Under the pieces are notes generated by a model that saw only the letters and a program-made list of their open reading frames with translations, was not told the origin of the DNA and did no database searches. From positions 49,786,001-49,850,000 of the forward strand of contig CM114271.1 in the NCBI GenBank assembly GCA_050084515.1: a stretch of 64,000 bases of DNA. Direction: 5' to 3'. Shown in pieces: positions 39,878 through 52,950 of this stretch. The DNA comes from Blasia pusilla. Its lineage: Eukaryota. The position numbers were made by a program, and so were the translations under genes. How positions within the stretch are numbered: the first letter of the stretch is position 1; every line of letters starts with the position of its first letter.

Positions 39878-40281
39878 ACATGTTTTAGCTCCCGACTCGT
39901 AGAGCCGCTTCCACAAAGAGCAAAACGCTCCCACAATTGCGTCATCAGAGGGTTTCGATCCCCACCCACTAGATCTGAAGCCAACAACCCGGCCCTACTG
40001 ACGTAAGCCTCCTAGATGTTTGGGAAAGGGGGCTTTCGGATCTTATTTATGAAATTAGTTTTTTCCGCGCCGAGATCTTCTTCTCTTACAAATATCATAG
40101 CCTTTTTTTTAGGTGAGCTTTATGAAATTAAAGTTACGTTTTTCTTACTTGCAATCTGCTCTTGGTGGTCCCTCTTTTTTTTTACTAGAATTATCTAATT
40201 ATATTGAAATTTTAATATGCTCTTTTTAAATTTGCAGTGAATAATATTGTATATGCGGAGTGAGGCTAACTAGCTTACGCC

Positions 40282-42830
40282 ATGTCAACTCTCTCATCAA
40301 GATGCAAGAGGCCGATAATTGTGGAAGAAATTGTAATAAATAGGAGTCCTCAATATTTGGTAGAGAGAGATGAACATAGATTTTCATTATCTCGCTCTGA
40401 ACGAAAACGAAAATTGTTTGATGTGGACCCTACATTTTTTGCTCCTATTTCAAATGGTTTCAATGAGACTGAGGAGGTTAGAGAAGTCTCAATAGGTGAG
40501 GAAATTGTGATTATTCTCAATAGTAATGAGAGATACTCTGTAGATATTTGTCTTGGTCTTAAAGAACTTGACGATGGAGAATATTCCTCCACTTCCCTCT
40601 ATGATTTTGAGGGATGGTATGTTGGTGATGAGTTCGACCTCGAATATAGGTGTATGGATTATGGGGATTTAGACATAAGTGTAGATAGTCATAGTCGAGA
40701 TATTGGAGATAAGTAGCCTAGAGAGTACTATAAATTGTGTATATCCGATTAATCATCAAATCCATGTTGGTTTTGTTCTCAGATATGTCTGTTTGAGATT
40801 GTTGAGTTGAGCAAACGATCAAGTTTCATTTCTTTGGGAGTGGTGTGACTCAAAAAAGTAAGTCTTCTCTGCTTGTGTTCTAATATTCAGGTGTGCAGAT
40901 TTAGTATCCTTTTCTATTGAGTATTTCTTTCATTATTTTGATATATTTCTTTTATTTAAATAATTGTGTGGATAATGCAGGATACTTTATAAATGAGTGT
41001 TGACGAATTACGCTATAGCGATGGTGAGTTCTACGTTCCTCTTGATGAACAAGAAAGGGATTATACACCTATAGATATTGACGTCATAGAGGTGATACAA
41101 ATAGCAAGTCCGAAGTATGTCCCCTCGCCGATCGTTGAAAATAGGAATAATGCTTCAAGTCCTGGCTATGTTCCATCGCCGATTTTTGAAAATATGGATA
41201 AGGCTTTAAGTCCTAGCTATGAACCATTGCCAATTTGCGAAAATGGGATTAATGCTCCTAATGTTAGCATAAGCCCTTTGAGAAATGGTCAGAGTTGTAG
41301 TTATGATGAGAGTGCATCTAGGATTTTAACCACACCTGTGGTGAATCATCATTCTATTTCACAAGAAGTAGTTGGAGGTCGGGGGAGAAGGAGATCAGAT
41401 TCCACACATGATTGCATCCCTTCATCAGACCCTATAGCATCTAGCCATTCATTTGTACGTGATTGTTACGGGTCGGGGTCATGGGAAATTAGTGATTGTC
41501 ATTCAATTAGCTCTGAGGACTCAAGTGAGATGAGTACGGCCAAGTCTCATTGCCCGTTAGAATGATTTTCCTATTTCAAATTTTTATAAAAACTTCAGTT
41601 ATGTGTAAATTTATTTTTTAATATAGATTATAATATTCACAGTTTTTTGTATAAAAATTTCTCTTTTTTCTATTATTTTTTTATATATTGAAAAAATATA
41701 TTTTGGTCGGATGGTTGATATTATCACAAGATGCATGAATCTCAAGAGGAACCATCGAGGCGAGATGAAAAAAGACTATTTGCAGACATCACCAATGTAG
41801 TCTCCTTACCTAATGTGGAGCATGATCACCACATTTCATGTAGTGCTCCATCTTCTATACGGATTTTGGAGGAAACAGAGAAGCTTGCATATAAGAAGGT
41901 TAGAAGGGTTGCTTCTCAAAGAAACAGAAGGGCGCTTCATGATATGCGATTCGTAACTCATTCAACGACTTTGTCATCTCCAATGTAAGGATACTTAGCA
42001 TTATGATTATAGAATGATATCGTAACCATATGTGCACACTCTAGATTTGTTGTGTGACTTTAATATCTTTCATGTTTGTGATGTAGACTTCCAAATCCAT
42101 CGAACCCGAAACGATTACGTGATATACATCAAATTGTGAGAGCTCAAGGACAAAAGCGAAGACATGCTAAATTAGTTGAATTGAGATCTATTGAAGGTGT
42201 TGTGAATGTTCCATTGATGGAAGAATTACAACCAACCATCATCGATGGCCCACCAGACGCAAATATTAGAAGGTATTTATTTATGTATAACATTTCTACT
42301 TTTTATTATAATAATATTTATAATTTATTTTCGTATTATAACTTTTTGTATTCTTTGTTCAGGTTGGTAGCAACACCTTCCAATCGAAATCTTCATGCTT
42401 TAATAGACTCTACATCGTCTCCAATGTACGTTTCATCCACTCATTAATTTCTTTCTTTTTATTGGTTTTTTTTTTAATTTAATTATTTTGACTTAATTTT
42501 TTTTAATATTATTTTTCTTAGTCTTCCACTTCCGTCCAACCCTCGGGGATTACATGCTATGCTTCAAGTTGCACGAGCACAAGGCCAGAGAAGAAGGCAC
42601 CATAATTTGGCCCAAGCGAATGTTCATCAATTGTCTGTGAATCTTCTTCCTAGAGAGGAAGTTGAGGCTATGACTACTAATGACTTTCATACTCAAGCTA
42701 ATACAAGGTATGCTTTACATACTTCTATTATTGATGCTTCTTACTTGGTCTTATATTTTTATGAATGATCTCTAATAAAAAAAAATTTGCAGGCCAATTA
42801 TGGTACATCATGAAGTTGAAACTATTCCAA
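40282..42830 (+). pseudogene. Exon-like ORFs upstream of RepHel: probable N-terminal region of the Helitron protein or an accessory gene
   Basis: ORFs at 40282-40716, 40993-41565, 41731-41988, ~42087-42272 and ~42522-42707, separated by AT-rich intron-like spacers; the last two share a peptide repeat with the RepHel ORF start. Confidence 0.5.
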
Positions 42831-42949
42831 ACTCTAGGAGTGTGGTCTTTCCATCTCCAATATATATTCAAATTTAATAGAGATATGTTTATATGTATAT
42901 TTATTCTTGTTATAAGCATATATATTAATTTCTTAACATCTGCTTGCAG

Positions 42950-45900
42950 TCTTCCAATTCCTACCAATCCTCTACGATTATCTCACATGCTTCAAGTTGC
43001 TCGAGCTGAGGGCCAAAGAAGAAGACATGCTCATTTGGATGAAGTACATGAGATTGCACATGTTGGCGATTTGTTGATAAGGAATGATGCCAATGGACCT
43101 AATCGTGAAGGCCACATGGAAGTGAATGAAGACAATGTATCTGCCTCAATTCCAAATGTGGGATCACATTTGGATGAAGTACATGAGATTGCACATGTTT
43201 GTGATGCGTTGTTTAGGAGCGATGCCAATGCAACCAATCGTGAAGGCGACATGGAAGAAAATGAAGACAATGCACATGCCTCGATTCCAAATGTGGGATC
43301 TAGAAGGGTTGTGAACTTGAAAAAGTTGCTCAATATTGCACGTATTCCTAACTTTGAAGAGAAGCACATTCGAATTCTTAGGTTGGGAAATCGTATTGAT
43401 AGTATGATTGGCCATTTTAGTGTTGGACTTATGAATGTTGTTTGTCCGACTTGCAATGCTCTACATTGGAAGTGTGAGAGAGTGAAGTATACTAGGTTTA
43501 TAAGCTCGCCTTTTAGTATGTGTTGTGGGCATGGTAAGATTCAATTTCCATATTTGACAGCTTCACCTTCTATACTAGCAGAATTACTTTCTGGTATGAT
43601 TGCAAATAGTCTTCATTTTTTGCGTAATGCACGTGCCTATAATAGTGCTCTTCAATTGGCATCTACTGGGGCACATGTGACAGAGCAACGAGGCGGTACA
43701 GGAAACTTCAGGATTCAAGGTGGTGTATATCATTCTATTGGACCTCTACATGCTGAAAGTGGTGCTCCTCCACAATTTGCGCAAATTTATATTCATGATG
43801 ATGAGCATCAGATGGAACATAGAAGAAGGATTATGACTGGAGATTATCGGGATCAATTGAGGCTAGAGATCTTAAGGGGATTACAAGATATGTTACATGC
43901 CCATAATCCATATGTGGCTTTATTTTGAAATGTGGCTATTGATCCATGTAATTCTGACTTTCATATTGTTCTTAAGGGTAGTAAGCGAGGTCTCGATGCA
44001 AAACGATACACCTTGCCTGTTGCTTCAGAGATTGCAGCTATCTTGCCTGGAGATGGGAGTGAGCCAGTAGAAGGACGTGATATTATTGTTCGCTTACATG
44101 GAGGAGGGATTTGTCGTCTTTCAGACTTGAATGAAGCATATATCCCATTGCACTTTGTTTTGCCTTTTGTTTATGGTGAAGCAGGTTGGCATCCTGGGAT
44201 ACCTTTGCAAGGGCAACATGGTCATAGAGATGATCCTCCGTTAAGAGGGTATGCTATGATGGATGAAGATAGAGATGATATTGTACAAGGAGAAATTCAA
44301 GGTGAGGTTACCACTCATGAGGCGAGTTCAAAGACGATTACTGCTTTATAATTTGCTTCATTCAGACTTCAAATGCGAGCTAACACTATGAATAATAATC
44401 GGTTGTTGAGGTTTGGTCGTCTTACTCAAGAATATATGGTGGATATGTATGCGACTATCGAAATGAAACGACTAACTTGGATACGATTGCATCAAAAAGA
44501 GTTGAGAGCTGATTTATACCAAGGGGTCAGAGATGCCATGACTCGGCATGATGTGAACGGTCAAGGCATAGGGAGACGTATTATCTTACCCTAGTCTTTC
44601 ATAGGAGGACCTCGTCACATGCATCAATTGTACCATGATGCTATGGCCATTGTGAGACATTTTGGGAAGCCTGACTACTTTTTGACAATGACTTGCAATC
44701 CTAAATGGCCAGAGATTACCTTTGCTCTACTGCATGGTCAATCAACGTCCGATCGTCTTGACCTGGTTATACGTGTTTTCCAACAAAAGAAGAAGGAGTT
44801 GTTGAGACTTATATTGGATAAGCATATTTTGGGTCGAGTGGTGGGATGCATTCATGTGGTCGAGTTCCAAAAGAGAGGACTACCACATGTGCATATCCTA
44901 ATTATTGTTGCTTCTGAGGATAAGCCAAGGACAACCTCTCATTATGACGATTTTATATCAGCTGAGATTCCGAATCCCATGACTCATCCTAGGCTACATT
45001 CTACTGTAAGAAATTGTATGATTCATGGTCCGTGTGGAGTAGCACATCCAACTGCACCTTGCACGGATAAAACGACAAAAAAATGTTCCAAAGGATACCC
45101 AATGCCGTTTGCAACAATGACAATGGAGAATGAGGATGGATATCCTATTTATAAGAGGTAATTCATTGGTTTTGTTGTTGATTTCGTCATTTGATGTTCT
45201 TCTATTAGTGTGCTATCTTTTTTCCCCAACTATTAACATACTTCTATATGTGTTTATGCAGGCGTGATAATGGCAGATTGATAAATAAGTCCAATCATGA
45301 CTTTGATAATCGTTGGGTGGTTCCATACAATCCAATGTTATGTACTTTATTTGATTATCATATCAATTTGGAGATAACAAATAGCATCTTGGCAGTAAAG
45401 TACTTTTATAAGTACGTGTACAAAGGATCTGATGCCATATCATATACCTTGGCAAATACTACATCATGAGAGGATACTATTGATGAGACGTCATTATATC
45501 TTGATGCAAGGTATTTTGATCCCTTCTATCTTTCAAGATCTTGCAATTTTTCCTAGGATATATTGCGAGAGTCTAATAATATTTATATTGTATGGTATGA
45601 AGGTATGTTTCTTCTTCAGAAGCATGTTGGCGAATCTTCAAGTTTAGTCTACATGCAGAGCAACCAAGTATTGTGACATTGATTGTTTATCTTCCAGACA
45701 GTCAAATGGTATATTTTTATGGGCAAGATTCATTGGGTAATATTTTGGAGCGAAGTAAGGAAACCACTCTTACTCAATGGTTTGCAACCAATGTTTCTTA
45801 TTCGACTGCGCGACAATATCTTTATTTGGAGTTCCCTTCTCATTACTTTTGGAATAAGAAGCAATGGCATCCGCGTAAACGTGCGCGAAAAGGATGTGGA

Positions 45901-48521
45901 CATCCCATTGGACGTCTGTATATGACAAATCCAAGTAAACTTTCGATACTTTGTTAAGATACAATTTTTAAGGAAAAAATTGAGTTAACGTTAAAATCAT
46001 ATTCATGCTTCCTTCCTAATACTTTTTTTTTTCGCTAATCCTAGCTGAAGGGGAGCGTCATTGGTTACGATTACTTCTCCATCATGTGAGAGGAGCTCAA
46101 TCATATCAAGATTTGAGAACCATCGATGGTGTAGTTTATCCTACCTTCAAAGAGACCGCTATTCAGATGGGACTTTTGGAGGACGATAGAGAGATCTTTT
46201 CTTGCTTTGAAGAGGCGGTTGTCATTAGATCTTGGCTATTCATTACGTCTACTCTTTGCCATTTGTCTTCTATATAATACACCTTCCCTTCTGGCTATGG
46301 TGTGGGAACATTTTTTGGTTCCATTGACAGAAGATCTTCTACATCAAAGGCGTGAGGTAATATGCATGGCTTTTGTTGAGTCAATTTTTTTCTTATTTCT
46401 CTTACGAATATTTTAGGTACTTTATTTACGTTTTAACTTCTATATTGTTGCTTGTAATAGAGAATTGGTATTCCGACCCTTCCATTGGATGTTCATATTA
46501 TTAATCTTGCGTTATTGGAGGTCCATTACCATCTTCAAGATCATGGTAAAAGTATGGCGGACTTCCCCGACATGCCTCAACCAAATTTCCAAGCTCGTGA
46601 TTTATCTATTTTGCATCTAGAAGAAGAAGAGCTCTCCTACGATCATGATAATCTTTGTGAACGTGTGAGAGCAGGAGAGATGTCTTTAAATGATGGACAA
46701 TGCGCGATTTGGGAAGTTATTTGTAATGCTTTTCGCGATATCTTACACAATGCGCCACCTTCTGTAAGTGGATATTATATATAGTATATTTATTATTAAT
46801 TTCTTACACTTTTTATTTATTTATGTTTTCTTTTTAAAGTGTTTTTTCAGAATTTAAAAATATGGATTTTTCAGGCAAAACTTTTTTTATCGATGGTCCT
46901 GGCGGAACAGGAAAAACATTTTTGTACAACCTTCTTCTTGCAATGGTACAGAGCGAGGGTCATATAGCTCTTGCAGTTGCATCTTCGGGGATTGCCGCTT
47001 TATTATTGGATGGAGGTCGTATTGCTCATTCTCGATTCAAGATTCCTATCCAAGTACATGAAAGTTCCACTTGCAAGTAAGTCTAGATTTAAGATTTATT
47101 TTCCTTTTATGGCATGCATATTATTGTTTTATTTTTTGATTATCCTTCATAAATGTTCTCAGATATTGTTTTGTTTTGATTTTTAGTGATTTTCATAATA
47201 CAAAAGCGAAGTTGATTTTGGGATGAAGCTCCTATGACCCATCGTCACGCATTTGAGGCTGTTAATCGTACTTTCCAAGATATCATGGGTTAGATGGATC
47301 CTCGATTACGAGATTTGCCTTTTGGGGGAAAATCATTTTATTTGGTGGTGACTTTCGATAACTTCTTCCAGTTGTTCGTCGTGGAGATCGTGCCACAGTT
47401 GTGCGTGCAACACTTAGGAGATCTCCTATTTGGTTTGACGTGAGATTATTGAAACTCACTACCAACATGAGAGTCAATACTGTACAAGGTATTAAAGAAT
47501 AAACCTAATATTTCCCCTGCATTTCATGTGGTTTTTGTTTATTTTTAATATTTACTAATTTCTTCATCTTATATTTATTATCAGGATATGCATGAGAAGA
47601 GCAAGAAGCCTTTGCAAAGTGGTTATTAGAGGTAGGAGAGGGTCGTGTACCGCTACATTTGGACCTTGGAGAGGATTTTATACAAGTTCCGGATGCAATA
47701 ATTGTTAAAACCACAAGGATTAATGATTTCATTGATATTGTTTATGGACATGATGTTCATAAGTGGAGTGATATTGATTTCTTGAGGGGTACATCCATTT
47801 TGTCAACCAAGAATACTACTGTGGATATTATAAACGGAGAAATCATGTCTCGATTTCCAGGAGAGGTAATATTCATATTCTTGAATATCATTATTCTATT
47901 TTGATTGTTCTACTGCTACATTTTTCTATGATCTCTCTTATTATTAATGATTTATTTTGTTATTGCAGAGCATACTTTCTTGAGTCTTTGATTCTGTTTC
48001 CGGCGATGAGATGAGACTTGTTTATCCAATGAATTTTTGAATACATGTTTACCATCCGGATTGCCACCTCATTGTTTGACTTTGAAGATTGGAGCTCCGA
48101 TAATGCTATTACGGAATATGAATGGAGCAAAGGGACAAGCAAACGGGACTCGGCTGGTGATAGCTGGCTTTAGTCGACATCTTATAGATGCAACAATTAT
48201 CACGGGAAAAAACATTGAGCTCGAGTTTTCATTCCACGCATTCCATTGATTGCTTCGATTCGCCTACCTTTTGATTTCTGACGATTTCAATTTCCTATCC
48301 GTCCTGCTTTTGCAATGACTATTAATAAGTCTCAAGGTCAAACATTAGATAGAGTTGGTATTTACTTGCCCAATCCCGTATTTTCTCATGGGCAATTGTA
48401 TGTTGCCTTGTCAAGAGTAGGCTCGAGGAATTCTATTCATATTATGACAGATAATGAAAATGCTACTAACAAAATAGATATTTATACTAAGAATGTTGTA
48501 TATAATGAAGTGCTAAATTAA
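42950..48521 (+). pseudogene. Helitron RepHel (Zn finger, HUH/Y2 replication initiator, PIF1-type SF1 helicase), intron-containing, inactivated
   Basis: [136 protein letters not shown]. Premature stops at e.g. 43926, 44349, 44592 plus frameshifts. Confidence 0.95.
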
Positions 48522-49472
48522 ATTAAAGTAACATTCTATATGTGAAGTTTTATATTGGTACGCATTTTTCTAAATTTTGTAATGCTTCACTTATTGATAT
48601 GATTAATTTTACATATGCTACACGGGCATTCTTACAAGTTTAAATAAATTATGGATTTAAATTACCTCACACTTTCAACCCATGATTGCTTAAAATTAAG
48701 TTTCATAGCACATAAAAATTCTAAAAATTAATCAAGAGAAACCATATAAATACGTGCATCTCACCTGGTTTTAAAAGAACTATGGAAGTAAATAAAAGAT
48801 AAGGCTCAAAGAATGGGGCCCACAAAGGGATAGGGCAGAGGGAAGGAATAAAATAAACATCCTAAAATCTAACCAAATCAACGAAAAAACAATCACCCAC
48901 GCTTACATGAGCGCTCCTGAACATACGGGAGAGATGGGGCCCACATCTCTAGAAGATAATTACTGTTCGTCCAGTAACTTCGAAACACATGTGGACGGAT
49001 CACGCGCAGTGTCAGCGCAGGTGTCCAGATGGATGGAAAGTACGGCGTAGGAGCACCAGGAACGCTGTAGATATCAGTTGGCAATCAGATCTCGTTACTG
49101 GTAGTCTCCAGAGCTTCTCCAGTCCGTTCCATTGATTCCATTCGTCCTCGCGTAGTACGAAATTTACGTGGCATGTGATGAGCCCTTGAGGAAGATGCGT
49201 AGAAGTCGCGGTCTTGCAGAAGCGCTGGTGTAGAGATGCTATAAAGCCCTCCGACAGGGGAGATCAGAAGTAACTGCAAAGGTTGATCAAAGCCCGCTCA
49301 CATCTGCACTACACTTCGCGCAACTTCAGGAGAGGCCGCGGTAATCCTTGATATCGTCAATTCGTCCTACCTCGTGCATTCTGTCTGCGGTTTTCGCTTT
49401 GTTTCAAGTCCTTCGACGGCTTCGTCAGAGTTTCTTTCTTCCGTCGGCTGTCTCGAAGTAATAAACAGAGCC

Positions 49473-50156
49473 ATGGCGGTCTTGCGGTCGAGATCTGCAC
49501 AGGAATCCCGTGGGCATGTGCGGAACTTGTCCGCCTCGTCGTTCTTCGACAAAGCTTGGTACTTTCCGTCGGGAGGAGTTGTGAGCTACACGAAGCCCGT
49601 GGCATCGGAGGAGCCAGCGGCGATTGATGGCGCGGGGTCGGTGAAAACAGAGGATCAGGCGACAAAAGCGCAGGCGACACAACGTCTTGCGTCGCTAAAA
49701 TCTGATCCCGAGGAGATGAGAAGAGTCTTCCAAAAGTTTGACGAGAACACTGATGATGTCATCTGCTCCAAAGATCTGCGGGGATTCATGAGGCGCTTGG
49801 GTTACGAGATGACTGAGGAAGAAGCTGCCGCCATGCTAGCAAGTGTGGATCACAACGGTGATGGAAAGGTAGATTTCGACGAGTTCTTCTCTCTCTACAC
49901 GCCTGTCGACGATCCAAGCGCGGACGCGGGAGACGAAACTTTGGTGGAAGCTTTCCGTGTGTTTGATCAAAATCAGGACGGGCTCATTTCTGCTCAGGAA
50001 TTGCAAAGAGTCTTAATCAATTTGGAATTCCCGCAAGGCAGAAGTCTGAAAGCTTGTCAGAAAATGATCGACAGCGTGGACACCGACGGCAATGGAGAAA
50101 TCGATCTGAAGGAGTTCGAGGAAATGATGAGTTCCAAATTCATTCTCAAATCCTAG
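49473..50156 (+). CDS. CML: Calmodulin-like (CML) protein, 227 aa, intronless (paralog B)
   Basis: EF loops DENTDDVICSKD, DHNGDGKVDFDE, DQNQDGLISAQE, DTDGNGEIDLKE; collinear with 30106-30783. ATG in gccATGGC context; TATAAA at ~49240. Confidence 0.93.
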   Translation: MAVLRSRSAQESRGHVRNLSASSFFDKAWYFPSGGVVSYTKPVASEEPAAIDGAGSVKTEDQATKAQATQRLASLKSDPEEMRRVFQKFDENTDDVICSKDLRGFMRRLGYEMTEEEAAAMLASVDHNGDGKVDFDEFFSLYTPVDDPSADAGDETLVEAFRVFDQNQDGLISAQELQRVLINLEFPQGRSLKACQKMIDSVDTDGNGEIDLKEFEEMMSSKFILKS

Positions 50157-51573
50157 GGGATCTCAAGTCCTAGGGGATTCAAATTCCTTACCGATTTCTA
50201 AGTCGGCACCAGTGGCTCTGCATCTCAACGTCCAAATGGTTCACTTATACGTTCCATCGAAAGTCACAAAATTTATGCGACGTCACAGACATTGGCCATG
50301 ATTTACACAACCGCTTGAGTTCAAGCGGGCCCCAACTACTCGCCTATGCTGAAGAGTACTGCGGGCGTGCACGTATGTGCAAATTTTCAAAAGCACACGT
50401 CCAGCTAGGAATCAGCTACGTAAGAGATGACTCCCTCTCCCAATTTAAACGACACTCGAGCTCACGCGGGTTACGATCATACGCGCAGTCGCTGTTATCA
50501 GGAACAGTCAAATATGGCGCTCGTAGGAGAGTTTGTACTACAACACTGAATTGAATTCTTAGATACAATAATTGAATACTAGATTTTTGAGCTCTGAAAT
50601 CCACGAGCTCCCATTGACTCACATTTGTCGGAATGTAAAATAGAACGTTTTCAAGAAGCATCAAAACTTGTAATATTTCAGCTCACGGGTTTGTATATAT
50701 TCAATTACTGTGATATCGATCTAGGAGGATATGTTCATGTCCAATTTCCCCAGGTTTCAAATTGTTGGCACCATTCATGACAGTTGGTGCAAAGTCTGTG
50801 TCATCGACTTCAAGTGATCAAAACAAAGCATGTAACATACTCCTTGTTCTTCAAAACTCGTCTTCTAATCTCCTTGCCAGTTGAATTATGAGTTCCTCCA
50901 TGTCAACCTTGTTGTGCCTCGTGAGTTGCGGTCTCTTCCTTCGCATACGGATGCTGATGTCGAGTAGGGTTGAATTCTCCATGCCATGAATGAATTTTGG
51001 ATATCTATGGCAGTGCGAGCGAAATGCGGATATGCCTTTGTCATTTTCCAACGTAAGCAGACATCGCCCAGCTGCGATTCTGAAAGCGAGGAAAGTTTAG
51101 GCAGAAAACTCGTTCAGATAAAATATTACGCCACCAAGCAGTCGTACAGAAAAGAATACTAGACTCAAGCTGGCGGCCTTAATTGACATGTGTCGCTCTT
51201 TCTTGTAAACCGAAGCACCCAAGCTATATACGAAAATTCTTGGACACTGCTATCATTCCACCCTTACAAAACCAGCAGTTGGAAAACCCGCTGCACGTTG
51301 CCATCGATATACGCAGCTGCTAAGAGATACATAGTACATACCGAGAACCGACAGTCTCTTTAAACTTCCAGACAGCATCAGAAGCTAAGGGAATCGTACT
51401 CTCTCCTTGCATTTTCAAGTACAGTAATGGATGCTTCGAGTAGAAATAAAGACGCGTGGAGATGCCATAGCATAGGAATCGTGGGAAGAAAAAAAGACTA
51501 ACCGTAATCGTGTCATTACGGATAAACCACACGTGTACGAATCCGTCTGAGCTTGTGTAAAGTTTAAACGACA

Positions 51574-52950
51574 TCTATACTATTATCACAGGAGGGGCTA
51601 TGGCCGCACCCAATTTTCTGCCACGTGTCTAATTCGGCCACCACGTGTCAAACTTTTCAAAATTGCCGTCCCCATTATTTTTAAAGCATTCCCACCACTA
51701 TTGGAATTGAATTTTTAAGTAAGTGGGTGGGAAGATTGTGCCATTATTATTTTTTCCTCATATCTTCACTTTCCAAGGGAGTGAGTAGCCATATGGCCAC
51801 GGGAGTGAGTAGTCATAATTTTCTTCTAAGCATGTTTAGTGGAGTGGTTAGTTTATATTAGGCTGACTTAGCTTGTCATGGTTGCTGAATTTCTTGCTGA
51901 GTAAGCTCTAGCTATCTGAGTACTATTTGAAAGACATCGAAAGACCACCACATGGTGTTGGGCTCATGCTGGGGCAAGACAATCATGTGCAAGTTCAAAC
52001 ACAATATGTAAAGCTCTTGGCTGGAGACTTCCAATGTGCAATTTTTTTCTGATTTTCCTTCATATTATACACATCAAGAGCTCTTGATCATGTTCTATGA
52101 CATGTTATTAACATATACTTCTGTTGAAAATTTGCAGATCTAGTGTACACTACAGCGGCCTGGAGTTCCACCTAATCAAGAGTAAGTCTCTACCCTCCTC
52201 CGCAAAGTCTTCAATCTACTTCATTCAATCCCATCAAGATCTGCATGCATAGCACAAAATTTAGTAATCTAATGTTTGAATGCAAAACTCGGAAGGTGAG
52301 TACTTCACAATGATCAAACGCATAGCTCAAAAATCAACCCAAGGAAAGAAGCTAGTGGCCATGAAACCACGGTTATCAAAAAGACACTACAGAATCAGAT
52401 CTCCAGATTTGGTAACTCCTGTAAAAGAATGCGATAAATCAACTTCATCAGGTCACTACAGTACTCCAACAAGCCTAGGGTATTTGGTACCGGTTACCAA
52501 AGCCAATCAGCAAACTTCGGATCCGAGTCCGAAAATCGTGACAGATTTGCATGTCGACCTGGCTCCAGATGAACAGAAGAAATGGCGGGGAAGATTCAGA
52601 TACTATGAAAGTCCTGAAAAGGACTACACTATCCAACTCAGCGAAACCGACCGACAGTCACCTGGATATCTTTCGAGTCCATCTGATAAGTTTTCTGTGA
52701 GACTTGGAGATTTGACTCCTGAGCCTAGCATTTCAAGGGATGATTCCTCATACAAAAAGTATCAGGACTTTTCAGCCAGCTCAAATTCGGAATACTATCC
52801 ATCTCCAATAGAGCCCCTCGGGTATGAACATGTAGCTGCTGCACCAAAGGAACCTTCGGATCTTGAAAGGTCCCGATCGAAAAGACTCAAGTTCGAATCT
52901 TAGAACTACATGAAGTCATTTCAGTTGTTGGATCAATACTTGACAGTGTA
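51574..52950 (+). mobile_element. Probable 5' portion of another Helitron; right boundary not identified
   Basis: A|TCTATACTATTATCAC at 51574 matches the 5'-end signature at 37179 and the reverse copy at 9754, followed by ccacgtgtc motifs typical of the local repeat family. Confidence 0.45.
52280..52903 (+). CDS. Ser/Pro/Tyr-rich hypothetical protein or exon (207 aa), possibly Helitron-borne
   Basis: Uninterrupted 624-bp ORF ending in a basic NLS-like RSRSKRLKFES; no recognised domain. Confidence 0.35.
   Translation: MQNSEGEYFTMIKRIAQKSTQGKKLVAMKPRLSKRHYRIRSPDLVTPVKECDKSTSSGHYSTPTSLGYLVPVTKANQQTSDPSPKIVTDLHVDLAPDEQKKWRGRFRYYESPEKDYTIQLSETDRQSPGYLSSPSDKFSVRLGDLTPEPSISRDDSSYKKYQDFSASSNSEYYPSPIEPLGYEHVAAAPKEPSDLERSRSKRLKFES

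Larger units (their letters stand above)
37179..48638 (+). mobile_element. Autonomous-type Helitron (~11.5 kb), decayed
   Basis: 5' A|TCTATACTATAA at 37179; RepHel remnants at 42950-48521; 3' degenerate hairpin arm CACGGGCA then CAAG|T (CTAG variant) at 48635-48638, similar to other Helitron ends in the window. Ends are inferred. Confidence 0.75.
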
